In this document: positions 18,647 to 27,982 of the stretch, piece by piece
Numbering within the stretch: the stretch's first letter is position 1
Layout of the letters: every line of letters starts with the position of its first letter
Assembly: GCF_000010065.1 (NCBI RefSeq)
Contig: NC_006576.1
Coordinates: forward strand, 2,490,001-2,522,000
Reading direction: 5' to 3'
Length of the DNA stretch: 32,000 bases
Source of the DNA: Synechococcus elongatus PCC 6301
GTDB lineage: Bacteria > Cyanobacteriota > Cyanobacteriia > Synechococcales > Synechococcaceae
Translations under genes and position numbers: made by a program
The notes under the pieces: model-generated
Databases searched by the model: none
Seen by the model: only the letters and a program-made list of their open reading frames with translations
What the model was told of the DNA's origin: nothing

Positions 18647-19975
18647 CTAGGAGGCAGGGGACGGCTCGGGACGTTCGGCGCGGCAGCTGACGCAGCGGCT
18701 CAGGGCTTCGCGTAACTGGGCAGACGGCAGTTTTTGCAGGATTTCGCCAGCGAAGGCTTCAATCAGCAAGTGAGTCGCTTCGGCTTGGTTGAGGCCGCGA
18801 CTTTGCAGATAGAAAATCTCGTCTTCACTCAGTTGGCTGACAGTTGCACCGTGGCTGCACTTGACGTCATCAGCGACGATTTCTAGTTGCGGCTTAGCGT
18901 CAATCCGTGCACGGGACGACAGCAACAGATTTCGGCTCAATTGTGCGGCATCGGTCTGCTGGGCGATTTGCGGCACCACCACGCGACCACTGAACACCGC
19001 CCGACCGCGATCGCTGGCAATGCACTTATGTAGTTGCTGGCTGCGGCCGTGGGGCTGGTTGAAGAACATGCCGCTGTGGGTATCGACGAGGCGATCGCCA
19101 TCCGCCAGACTCAAACCGTCCAGAATCGTCTCGGCCTGAGAGCCATCCTGGGCGGCAAGGTAGTTGTGGCGCGACAGATGAGCGCCAGTGCTGACGGCAA
19201 TGCCGTGGTAGCGACTGTCTCGTTCTTGCCGAACTGCAGTTGTGCCGATATGAATGGCGCGATCGCCATCTCGTTGGACGCGGCTGTGTTTCAGTTGGGC
19301 GTTGGCACCGAGTTGGATTTCGGTGACAGCGTTTACGAAGTAATCCGCCGTGCAGTCATTGCCGAGCGGCGCAAAATCTTCGATCAGGGTCAGGGCGCTA
19401 TTCGCGCCCAGTTCAATCAAGGCACGAGGCTGGCTAAACGCTGTCTCGCTGGTGCTGCTGCTAATCCAGAGCAGATGCAGCGGTTGGGCGATCGCAGCTC
19501 CGGCGGCAACGCGAATCACGGCTGCTTGCCCAAAGCCTGCCGTATTCAGCGTGGCAAACAGGTCGTCGGCCAGTAAGTTTTGGGCGATCGCGGCATCAAA
19601 GCCCACCGTCAGGCTCAGTCCTTCTGGCCAATCCGCGCTGGAGAGATCGGCGCGAAACTGACCATCGACAAAGACGGCTCGTAGCGGTACATCCGCCAGC
19701 AACAGCGGTTCGACAAATTCAGCCTTTGCCTGAGCTGGAGCAGCGACAAAGGAGCGCTTGGGCAGCAGCGACAGATCGGTAAAGCGCCAGTCTTCAACCT
19801 TGGTCGAGGGAATCGCCAGATCCGTGAGGCGATCGCGGGCTTGGGCCTGTAACGATTCAGCGCCTGCAGCGGACTGCCCCAAGTCCAGCAGTTGCTGCAG
19901 AACGGTTTGTCGCTGCTCAACGGCAGAAATCGGTGCGGCGTCGGAGTTGACTTGCTCCAGCACAGAAAGCGTCAT
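18647..19975 (-). CDS. sufD: Fe-S cluster assembly protein SufD
   Basis: Internal start [34 protein letters not shown] at 19975 overlaps the sufC stop (TAATG). The C-terminus has LEIVADDVKCSHGATVSQLSEDEIFYLQSRGLNQAEATHLLIEAFAGEIL. Confidence 0.93.
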   Translation of the reverse strand: MTLSVLEQVNSDAAPISAVEQRQTVLQQLLDLGQSAAGAESLQAQARDRLTDLAIPSTKVEDWRFTDLSLLPKRSFVAAPAQAKAEFVEPLLLADVPLRAVFVDGQFRADLSSADWPEGLSLTVGFDAAIAQNLLADDLFATLNTAGFGQAAVIRVAAGAAIAQPLHLLWISSSTSETAFSQPRALIELGANSALTLIEDFAPLGNDCTADYFVNAVTEIQLGANAQLKHSRVQRDGDRAIHIGTTAVRQERDSRYHGIAVSTGAHLSRHNYLAAQDGSQAETILDGLSLADGDRLVDTHSGMFFNQPHGRSQQLHKCIASDRGRAVFSGRVVVPQIAQQTDAAQLSRNLLLSSRARIDAKPQLEIVADDVKCSHGATVSQLSEDEIFYLQSRGLNQAEATHLLIEAFAGEILQKLPSAQLREALSRCVSCRAERPEPSPAS

Positions 19976-20760
19976 TAGACTGCCGCTCCTGCCAAAGCTT
20001 GATCCACCCATTCGTAGCCGGTTTCTTCCAGCTCCAGCGCCAACTCGGGGCCGCCGGTGCGGATGATTCGGCCTTCCGCCATCACATGGACAAAGTCGGG
20101 TTTGATGTAGTCGAGCAAGCGCTGATAGTGCGTGATCAAAATCGTGGCGTTGTCAGCATTGGTCAACTGATTGACGCCATCGGAGACGATCCGCAGAGCA
20201 TCAATATCTAGCCCCGAATCGGTTTCATCCAAGATCGCCAGACTTGGCTCTAGCAGTGCCATCTGCAGAATTTCGTTGCGCTTTTTCTCGCCGCCTGAAA
20301 AGCCTTCGTTGACACCCCGACCGAGGAAATCAGGATTCATTTTGACCACATCCAAGCGAGCTTCCACTAACTCTTGGAAGTCAAAGGCGTCCAATTCTTC
20401 TTGCCCCGCAGCTTTGCGACGGGCATTGACCGCCACGCGCAGGAAATCGAGATTGCTGACGCCGGGAATTTCCAGCGGATATTGGAACGCTAAAAAGACT
20501 CCCGCTTGCGATCGCTCTTCCGGTTCGAGTGCCAGCAAATCCTGCCCTTTGTAGGTGATACTGCCACCGGTGACACGGTAGGCCGGATGCCCTGCCAGCA
20601 CTTTGGATAGGGTGCTTTTGCCGGAGCCATTGCGGCCCATAATCGCGTGGATTTCACCGGCGCGAACTTCGAGGTTGACGCCCTTGAGAATGGCCGCGTC
20701 CTCCACCTCAGCGGTCAGATCCTGAATCGACAGGATCACATCACTGTTTTCGATAATCAC
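19975..20760 (-). CDS. sufC: Fe-S cluster assembly ATPase SufC
   Basis: [52 protein letters not shown]...[39 protein letters not shown]. Confidence 0.97.
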   Translation of the reverse strand: MIIENSDVILSIQDLTAEVEDAAILKGVNLEVRAGEIHAIMGRNGSGKSTLSKVLAGHPAYRVTGGSITYKGQDLLALEPEERSQAGVFLAFQYPLEIPGVSNLDFLRVAVNARRKAAGQEELDAFDFQELVEARLDVVKMNPDFLGRGVNEGFSGGEKKRNEILQMALLEPSLAILDETDSGLDIDALRIVSDGVNQLTNADNATILITHYQRLLDYIKPDFVHVMAEGRIIRTGGPELALELEETGYEWVDQALAGAAV

Positions 20761-20805
20761 GAGTCGTTCCTAAGCAGAAAGCGATGGGTCAAATGAAGAA
20801 GGTAG

Positions 20806-22245
<1,440 letters not shown>

Positions 22246-22292
22246 GAATTGCGGTTCTCTCTCGGGGCGGCAGCAGACGGACGGGGAACAGG

Positions 22293-22655
22293 CTAAGCAG
22301 GCTGGGTCGTGGCACGGATTTGCTCAAGGCTGATCTCTTGATTCGGCCCGGCAAATTCGTTATCTGGCGTCAAGAACAGCATGCAGTGGCATTCCTTGCG
22401 CTCCCGCATGGGCACGCAGGGACAGTTCCAAAACGCTACTTCCACTTCCGCTTGTTTGTCTTCGTAGTGGCGACAAGGACAGAGGGCGGCGCCCAAGTCT
22501 TCCTTGTGCTTGGCAAGGCCTTCCAGCACCACTGCCGTTACCCCCGGATCGACACAAAAGTAGGTGCCGCTCCGCTTGGCGTAGGTTTCAGCAAACTTCC
22601 GCATTGTCTCCAAGCTTTTGTCGGAGGCTGAAGCTGGGCTGGTCGTCTGGGTCAT
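22293..22655 (-). CDS. ftrC: Ferredoxin-thioredoxin reductase catalytic chain
   Basis: [84 protein letters not shown]. The CPC / CPC / CHC pattern is diagnostic for FTR-beta. Confidence 0.96.
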   Translation of the reverse strand: MTQTTSPASASDKSLETMRKFAETYAKRSGTYFCVDPGVTAVVLEGLAKHKEDLGAALCPCRHYEDKQAEVEVAFWNCPCVPMRERKECHCMLFLTPDNEFAGPNQEISLEQIRATTQPA

Positions 22656-22694
22656 GGGAAGAAGAGGGGAATGACGAAGTCGGTATAATCTGGG

Positions 22695-22713
22695 TTGAAC
22701 AACACAGACGTTG
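22695..22713. promoter_or_regulatory. Putative SufR operator 1 (CAAC-N6-GTTG)
   Basis: TTGAACAACACAGACGTTG, with core CAAC-ACAGAC-GTTG at 22700-22713. It lies just downstream of TATAAT (22684-22689) on the sufR-coding strand. Confidence 0.7.
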
Positions 22714-22732
22714 CTTAACTACCTTAGGTTAT

Positions 22733-22751
22733 TTGAACAACATCAATGTTG
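22733..22751. promoter_or_regulatory. Putative SufR operator 2 (CAAC-N6-GTTG)
   Basis: TTGAACAACATCAATGTTG, with core CAAC-ATCAAT-GTTG at 22738-22751. The extended palindrome ACAACAT-CA-ATGTTGT spans 22737-22752. A minus-strand TTGACA box (22750-22755) overlaps its edge. Confidence 0.75.
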
Positions 22752-22830
22752 TCAAAGTCTTGGGTCAAAGTGCGTCTGCTGCGATCGCTGCCAAGTCCAA
22801 CCAGATTCCCTCTTGCATTGTAGAAAGCGA

Positions 22831-23475
22831 ATGCCCCCCGCTCACAGCCCTACAACGAAAGAAGCGATTCTCAGTCTCTTGCTAGAGCAGGGGCAGGCTA
22901 CATCTGCTGCGATCGCCGAAGCCCTAGCGATCAGTCTCCAAGCAGTGCGTCGGCATCTCAAGGATTTGGCCACGGAAGGCTTGATTGAGCAGGAAGCGGT
23001 GGTCGCTGGCCTAGGGCGACCCCAATATCACTTCCGGCTGAGTCGCCAAGGGCGATCCCAGTTTCCCAGTAGCCACGATCGCTTTGCGGTGGATTTGCTG
23101 GACAGTCTCTCCGAAATGCTGCCGCCCCAAGAATTTGAAGCGGTCTTGGCTCACCAATGGCGCCGCAAGGCTGAAACCTACCGCCGTCAGTTGGGGCAAG
23201 GCAGTCTGGCCGATCGCTTGCAGCAGTTGGCAGCCTTGCGCCAAGCCGAAGGATTTATGGCCGAAGTCCATCCAGCACCCGATCGTAGCCCGCCCGCTTT
23301 TGTGATCACGGAATATAACTGCGCGATCGCCAGTGTCGCTGAGTCTTTTCCCCGCGTTTGTGACCACGAGCTAGCCCTGTTTGCCGAAACCCTGCCCGAC
23401 TGCCATGTGGAGCGCACCCACTGGTTAATCGATGGTGAGCATCGCTGTGGCTACTTGATTCAACCCCAACCATGA
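22831..23475 (+). CDS. sufR: Fe-S cluster-binding transcriptional repressor SufR
   Basis: Internal start at 22831 gives MPPAHSPTTKEAILSLLLEQGQATSAAIAEALAISLQAVRRHLKDLATEGLIEQEAVVAGLGRPQYHFRLSRQG (wHTH) plus a Cys-containing C-terminus (NCAIASVAESFPRVCDHELALFAETLPDCHVERTHWLIDGEHRCGYLI). Divergent from ftrC/suf. Confidence 0.93.
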   Translation: MPPAHSPTTKEAILSLLLEQGQATSAAIAEALAISLQAVRRHLKDLATEGLIEQEAVVAGLGRPQYHFRLSRQGRSQFPSSHDRFAVDLLDSLSEMLPPQEFEAVLAHQWRRKAETYRRQLGQGSLADRLQQLAALRQAEGFMAEVHPAPDRSPPAFVITEYNCAIASVAESFPRVCDHELALFAETLPDCHVERTHWLIDGEHRCGYLIQPQP

Positions 23476-23882
23476 CTGCTGATCCTTTTGCCAACTTGCT
23501 CAGCCTTGAGGAAGTGTCTGCGATCGAAGCGACCTTGCTCCCCGCTCGCGATCGCTTCTCTTTGCGACTGGCGGCCTATTCCCTGCGTCTCCTGCAAGCC
23601 TTGGCTGCTGATCAGCAATTGGCGATCGCCGCGATCGAAGCCCCTCAGCTTCAAACTTGGCTGCAACAGTCTCCCCAACTTGCTGAGGCCCTAAAGCAAC
23701 AAGGTTTGACCGTCGATCAGTCGTTTCTCGACTTTTGGACAAGACTGTTGCTCTCCGCAAAGCAACCTTTGATGCAAGCAGCCGAATTGGCGGCAGTCTC
23801 GCTGGAACAGTTGCAATTGACGACGGTGATCGACTGGTATCGCCAGCAATTTCAGCCGAATGCTGGGTTGCCGACGGCATGA
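23472..23882 (+). CDS. Hypothetical protein coupled to sufR and a phosphoribosyltransferase
   Basis: ATGA overlap with the sufR stop at 23472-23475. 136 aa, helical: MTADPFANLLSLEEVSAIEATLLPARDRFSLRLAAYSLRLLQALAADQQLAIAAIEAP. Confidence 0.75.
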   Translation: MTADPFANLLSLEEVSAIEATLLPARDRFSLRLAAYSLRLLQALAADQQLAIAAIEAPQLQTWLQQSPQLAEALKQQGLTVDQSFLDFWTRLLLSAKQPLMQAAELAAVSLEQLQLTTVIDWYRQQFQPNAGLPTA

Positions 23883-24364
23883 CGGCTGTTTTACAGGTCA
23901 ATTGGCTGGCCTATCAAGCCCTGATCGAGAAAGTTGCGATCGCGATTGACCAATCAGGCTGGAGGCCGCAGCAAGTGTTAGCGATCGCACGAGGTGGGCT
24001 CTATCTCGGCGATGCACTCTCGCGCATTCTGCAAGTGCCGCTGGCCGTGATGGCCGTGCAGTCCTATGGCGGTGAGGCGGGACGCGATCGTGGGGCTGTC
24101 CAGATTGGTGCCAACATCGCCATGACCAGCGATCGCCTCTTGAGTCCGCTACTGCTGGTTGATGACCTGGTGGATTCTGGCGAAACCCTGCAGCAGGCGA
24201 TCGCTTGGTTGCAACAAACCCAAGACGTGACGGAGCTGCGAACGGCTGTCCTGTGGCAGAAACCTAGTAGTTCGTTTCAGCCAGATTTTGCTGCCCAAGT
24301 CCTGACTGATAATCCTTGGATTGAGCAACCATTCGAACTCTACGATCGCTGGAATCGCCGATAA
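23879..24364 (+). CDS. Phosphoribosyltransferase-domain protein
   Basis: ATG at 23879 overlaps the upstream TGA (ATGA). Contains QQVLAIARGGLYLGDALSRILQVPLAVMAVQSYGG...LLSPLLLVDDLVDSGETLQQAIAWL, the PRPP-binding loop DDLVDSGET. Confidence 0.88.
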   Translation: MTAVLQVNWLAYQALIEKVAIAIDQSGWRPQQVLAIARGGLYLGDALSRILQVPLAVMAVQSYGGEAGRDRGAVQIGANIAMTSDRLLSPLLLVDDLVDSGETLQQAIAWLQQTQDVTELRTAVLWQKPSSSFQPDFAAQVLTDNPWIEQPFELYDRWNRR

Positions 24365-24409
24365 CTCAGGCTGCTGACTAGGCTGTCTTAGCAGGCGCTT
24401 GGCTGAGGA

Positions 24410-25000
24410 TTAGACCAGTTGAGCGCCGTAGTAATCCGGCTCTTGGCCCGGATGCCACTTGATGTTGCAGCCAATGCTAGGTTTTTGGTCAGCGCTGGGA
24501 GCGTCTCCTGTGAGGACTGCCGTAATCGCGGCTCGCAGGTCGGCCCCCGTCACTGGGCGATCGCTACTGGGGCGACTGTCATCGAGTTGACCCCGATAGA
24601 CCAAGCGGCGATCGCGATCGAACAGGAAGAAATCGGGGGTGCAAGCGGCGGTGTAGGCTTTGGCGATCGCTTGGGTTTCGTCCAGACAGTAGGGGAAGGT
24701 AAAGCCGAGTCGCTCAGCCTGGGCTTTGAGCTGCTCCGGGCCATCTTGGGGATGGGTTTCCAAGCTGTTGGGGCTGATCGCCACAATGCCCAAGTCGAGG
24801 TAATCCCGTCCAATCGCAGCCAGTTCTTCCTCGACGTGTTTGACAAACGGACAGTGCTGGCAGATGAACATCACCAAGAGGCCGGCGCGATCGCTGAAAT
24901 CTGCTAACTGAACAGTTCGGCCCGATACCACATCCGGCAGAGCAAAATCAGGCGCCGCAGTGCCTAAGGCCAGCATGGTCGAAGCTGTTTTTGCCATCAT
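24410..25000 (-). CDS. AhpC/TSA (thioredoxin-fold) family protein
   Basis: LGTAAPDFALPDVVSGRTVQLADFSDRAGLLVMFICQHCPFVKHVEEELAAIGRDY...LETHPQDGPEQLKAQAERLGFTFPYCLDETQAIAKAYTAACTPDFFLFDRDRRLVYRGQLDDS. Confidence 0.88.
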   Translation of the reverse strand: MMAKTASTMLALGTAAPDFALPDVVSGRTVQLADFSDRAGLLVMFICQHCPFVKHVEEELAAIGRDYLDLGIVAISPNSLETHPQDGPEQLKAQAERLGFTFPYCLDETQAIAKAYTAACTPDFFLFDRDRRLVYRGQLDDSRPSSDRPVTGADLRAAITAVLTGDAPSADQKPSIGCNIKWHPGQEPDYYGAQLV

Positions 25001-25044
25001 CCCTGAGCAGAATTCATCTGTCCTTGATGCTGTCGGATTCTGGC

Positions 25045-26157
25045 CTAGTCATCAAGTTCCGAGTCTGGGTGATCGCCCGGAAAACTGATGATATGCAGGT
25101 CAATGCCTTGACCCCGCAGCCGTTGCAGCAGGCGATCGGTCAGGGGTCGCTGCCACCACCATAGCCGTCGGCTGGTCGGACTTTCGCCAATCACCACCTG
25201 TGTGACGCGCTGTTCCGTCGCAACCTTGACGATCGCTCCCACTACATCGGTGCTTTCTACCCGCAAAAAAGCGCCCTCAAACATCCCGCAGAGGCGATCG
25301 CAGGTTTCTAGCTGCAGGACTTCGGCCTTGGTCAAAAACCGTTGCGGGTCTGCCACAAACAGGACGTAGAGCCGGGCATCCATTGCGCCACTCAGGCGGG
25401 CAGCCCGTCGGAGGAGACGGATCGATTGCGGATGGGTGGAGAGACAGACCAAGACACGCTCTCGTACACTAATGGCACCGGTACGAGTGCCAGCGGCTTG
25501 CTCTTCAATGCTGTCGGCGACCGATCGCAGCGCTAGTTCTCGCAGGGCAACGAGATGGTGCCGCCGGAAGAAATTTGTGAGTGCTTGCGGCACCTTATCG
25601 AGGGCATAGATCCGCCCTTCCCGCAGCCGTTCTTCTAGGGTTTCAGGTGTGACATCGACCACCACGACTTCGTCCGCTTCCTCCAGCAGGCGATCGGGAA
25701 TTCGTTCGCGTACGATCACGCCGGTGATCCGCGCCACCAAATCATTCAGGCTTTCCAAATGCTGGATGTTGACGGTGGAATAGACATCTAGACCCGCCGC
25801 CAGCAACAGTTCTACATCCTGATAGCGCTTCTCGTGCTCTGAACCTGGGGCATTGGTGTGGGCCAGCTCATCGATCAGTACTAGCTGAGGCTGTCGCTGC
25901 AGGATGGCTTCGATATCCACTTCACTGAGGACAACCCCGTTGTAGTCGAGCTGACGCGGGGCGACTAGCTCCAGTCCTTGGGCTTGCTGGCGGGTTTCCT
26001 GTCGTCCGTGGGTTTCCAGAAGACCAATGACTACGTCCAGTCCTTCACTGTGCAGCTGCTGCCCCTCCTGCAACATCCGATAGGTTTTGCCCACACCGGG
26101 GGCCATACCGATAAAGACTTTGTGGCGGCCCCGGCGGGCTTTGAGCAGTGTTGTCAT
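25045..26157 (-). CDS. Truncated KdpD-like protein (KdpD N-terminal domain + USP-like domain, no kinase core)
   Basis: Internal start MTTLLKARRGRHKVFIGMAPGVGKTYRMLQEGQQLHSEGLDVVIGLLETHGRQET...LVLIDELAHTNAPGSEHEKRYQDVELLLAAGLDVYSTVNIQHLESLNDLVARITGVIVRERIPDRLLEEADEVVVVDVTPE, then a USP-like region ending ...IVKVATEQRVTQVVIGESPTSRRLWW...DLHIISFPGDHPDSELDD. Confidence 0.88.
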   Translation of the reverse strand: MTTLLKARRGRHKVFIGMAPGVGKTYRMLQEGQQLHSEGLDVVIGLLETHGRQETRQQAQGLELVAPRQLDYNGVVLSEVDIEAILQRQPQLVLIDELAHTNAPGSEHEKRYQDVELLLAAGLDVYSTVNIQHLESLNDLVARITGVIVRERIPDRLLEEADEVVVVDVTPETLEERLREGRIYALDKVPQALTNFFRRHHLVALRELALRSVADSIEEQAAGTRTGAISVRERVLVCLSTHPQSIRLLRRAARLSGAMDARLYVLFVADPQRFLTKAEVLQLETCDRLCGMFEGAFLRVESTDVVGAIVKVATEQRVTQVVIGESPTSRRLWWWQRPLTDRLLQRLRGQGIDLHIISFPGDHPDSELDD

Positions 26158-26162
26158 GCCAG

Positions 26163-26717
26163 CTAGGAAAGGGAAACTGCGATCGCAGTGGGAGCCATCC
26201 ATTCGGGTTGCCCAAGGCGGAGGCCAGCAGCACTGAGACTCTCGCAGGAGTTTCGGCTGCAGTAGCGTGCCCAACTGATCGTCAGGGCGATCGCCAAGAT
26301 GCTGTAGCCGACGACCACAACCCAGCGCAGCCAGCGTCGAATTTGCGGAGGACTGCACTGCAGGAACGCCAAGATCCCCAGGGTGGCACCAACCACGAGG
26401 CCCAGCGGCAAGAGGATCACTGCAAACACCAGAACGTAAACGCCGGCGTAGGGACCGCCACCAATCAGGCCTGGAATGACGCCGATCGGGAGCAGGGTCA
26501 GCAGCAACACGCCCCAAAAACTACCCAGAACGCTGCCCAGAAGACTGCGCCGCCAGCGTCGATTGATGGCTCCAGCGATCGCGCCAATCAGACCGCCCCC
26601 CACCAGAGCGATCGCAGCGGCCGCGATCGTGCCTCGAATCAGGTCGAAGAGGACTTGTTGGAAGAGCAGAGCAATCATCACCGTTGCAACGGGTCTCAGC
26701 GCTGCTAGCGTACCCAA
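26163..26717 (-). CDS. Glycine-rich polytopic membrane protein, unknown function
   Basis: Several hydrophobic helices: IAAAAIALVGGGLIGAIAGAINRRWRRSLLGSVLGSFWGVLLLTLLPIG...GVYVLVFAVILLPLGLVVGATLGILAFL. The start is uncertain. Confidence 0.55.
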   Translation of the reverse strand: MGTLAALRPVATVMIALLFQQVLFDLIRGTIAAAAIALVGGGLIGAIAGAINRRWRRSLLGSVLGSFWGVLLLTLLPIGVIPGLIGGGPYAGVYVLVFAVILLPLGLVVGATLGILAFLQCSPPQIRRWLRWVVVVGYSILAIALTISWARYCSRNSCESLSAAGLRLGQPEWMAPTAIAVSLS

Positions 26718-26830
26718 TGGGGTCGGAAATGGCTTGGCGATCGGGGAATGGGGAACCGAGCGCAGACGGGAAGCGATCGCCGCGTTATGCTGCTTTGCGA
26801 GGTGGAGGCTGACCCTCGCAGGGGAAAAAC

Positions 26831-27412
26831 TTGTCGCTAACGGGATTGCTCTGGGCCGGAATTGGATTGCTCCTGACGATCGCAGGAACTTTTATTGAAC
26901 CGGCAATTTTGGTGCCGAGCTGGCAAGAAGGGAGTCTACGGTGGTTGACCTATTCGTTAACCAGCTCAGCCCAAGTGGCAGCAATGCTGCTCACGAGCTG
27001 CATGGGCGGCGCCGAAGCTAGTTTTCTAGCCCAGGTTGCTTATCTGGCCCTCGGCTTGAGCCGCTATCCCGTTTTTAGCCAAGGTGGCGGGCTCGGCTAT
27101 TGGCAAGAGCCGGGCTTTGGCTTTTTGATTGGTTTCTTACCAGCCGCTTGGCTCTGCGGCCGTTGGGCGTTTCGGCAACCTGTCACGCTGGAGCATCTCA
27201 GCTTAGGTTGCCTGCTGGGTCTGGCGACGGTCCAGTTTTTTGGGGCTATCTATCTGGGGCTACTGACCTTAGGCGGTGGCTTACATGGCGGGGCCACAGC
27301 TTTGCCAGGTTTGCTCTGGCAGTACAACATTTGGCCCCTCTCGGGACAGTTGGCGCTTGTCTGTGGTGTCACCCTGATCGCCTTTCTGTTGCGACGGCTT
27401 CTGCTCTACTAG
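26831..27412 (+). CDS. bioY: BioY-family (biotin transporter S component) protein
   Basis: QVAAMLLTSCMGGAEASFLAQVAYLALGLSRYPVFSQGGGLGYWQEPGFGFLIGFLPAAWLCGRWAF shows the BioY pattern of GxxG...YLxxGxxxxPVFxxGGGxxxxxxPxxGfLxGF. TTG start. Confidence 0.85.
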   Translation: MSLTGLLWAGIGLLLTIAGTFIEPAILVPSWQEGSLRWLTYSLTSSAQVAAMLLTSCMGGAEASFLAQVAYLALGLSRYPVFSQGGGLGYWQEPGFGFLIGFLPAAWLCGRWAFRQPVTLEHLSLGCLLGLATVQFFGAIYLGLLTLGGGLHGGATALPGLLWQYNIWPLSGQLALVCGVTLIAFLLRRLLLY

Positions 27413-27439
27413 AAAGGTTGCTCTGTACCCCTGACTTGG

Positions 27440-27931
27440 ATGATGCGCTTTCGCTATCCCGCCTTTTGGATTCCAGCACTGGGCGGCTTGATCTGCGATC
27501 GCCTCAGCAAGATCTGGGTGGTAACTGAGTTTCAGCTCTATCAAAGCTGGCCGATTTGGCCTCAAGTCTTCCACTTCACCTATGTGCGCAATTCTGGTGC
27601 TGCTTTCAGTCTATTTAGTGGCGGTAGTAGCTGGTTGCGCTGGCTGTCCTTTCTGGTCTGCTTTGGCTTAGCAATCTGGGCTTGGTTTGGCCCGCGTATG
27701 ACCCGCAGCGAACAATTGGGCTATGGCTTCATTTTTGCGGGGGCGTTTGGCAATGGTCTCGATCGCTTCTACGATGGCTCCGTCGTTGATTTTCTCGACT
27801 TCCGGTTGATTCTCTTTCCGGTTTTCAATATCGCGGATGTCTTGATCAATCTGGGAGTTGCCTGCCTGATCATTTCCTTTCTGCGACCCCTTTGGACCCG
27901 TCCCCGATCGAGTAAGCCACCCTTGTCATGA
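27440..27931 (+). CDS. lspA: Lipoprotein signal peptidase (signal peptidase II)
   Basis: GGLICDRLSKIWV...HFTYVRNSGAAFSLFSG...LGYGFIFAGAFGNGLDRFYDGSVVDFLDFR...FPVFNIADVLINLGV. Both catalytic Asp motifs are present. Confidence 0.95.
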   Translation: MMRFRYPAFWIPALGGLICDRLSKIWVVTEFQLYQSWPIWPQVFHFTYVRNSGAAFSLFSGGSSWLRWLSFLVCFGLAIWAWFGPRMTRSEQLGYGFIFAGAFGNGLDRFYDGSVVDFLDFRLILFPVFNIADVLINLGVACLIISFLRPLWTRPRSSKPPLS

Positions 27932-27982
27932 TTCAGTGAACCGATCGCGATCGCAGGGTTAGCGATTTGTCGATGGTAGTTC

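Noticed and set aside
19034-19576. Plus-strand ORF of 180 aa within sufD
   Set aside because: Antisense to sufD with no domain hit that I recognise; likely spurious.
26148-26708. Plus-strand ORF of 186 aa opposite the membrane protein at 26163-26717
   Set aside because: The Gln/Asn/Arg-rich sequence has no fold-like pattern. The minus-strand product has clear TM helices and is the more credible gene.
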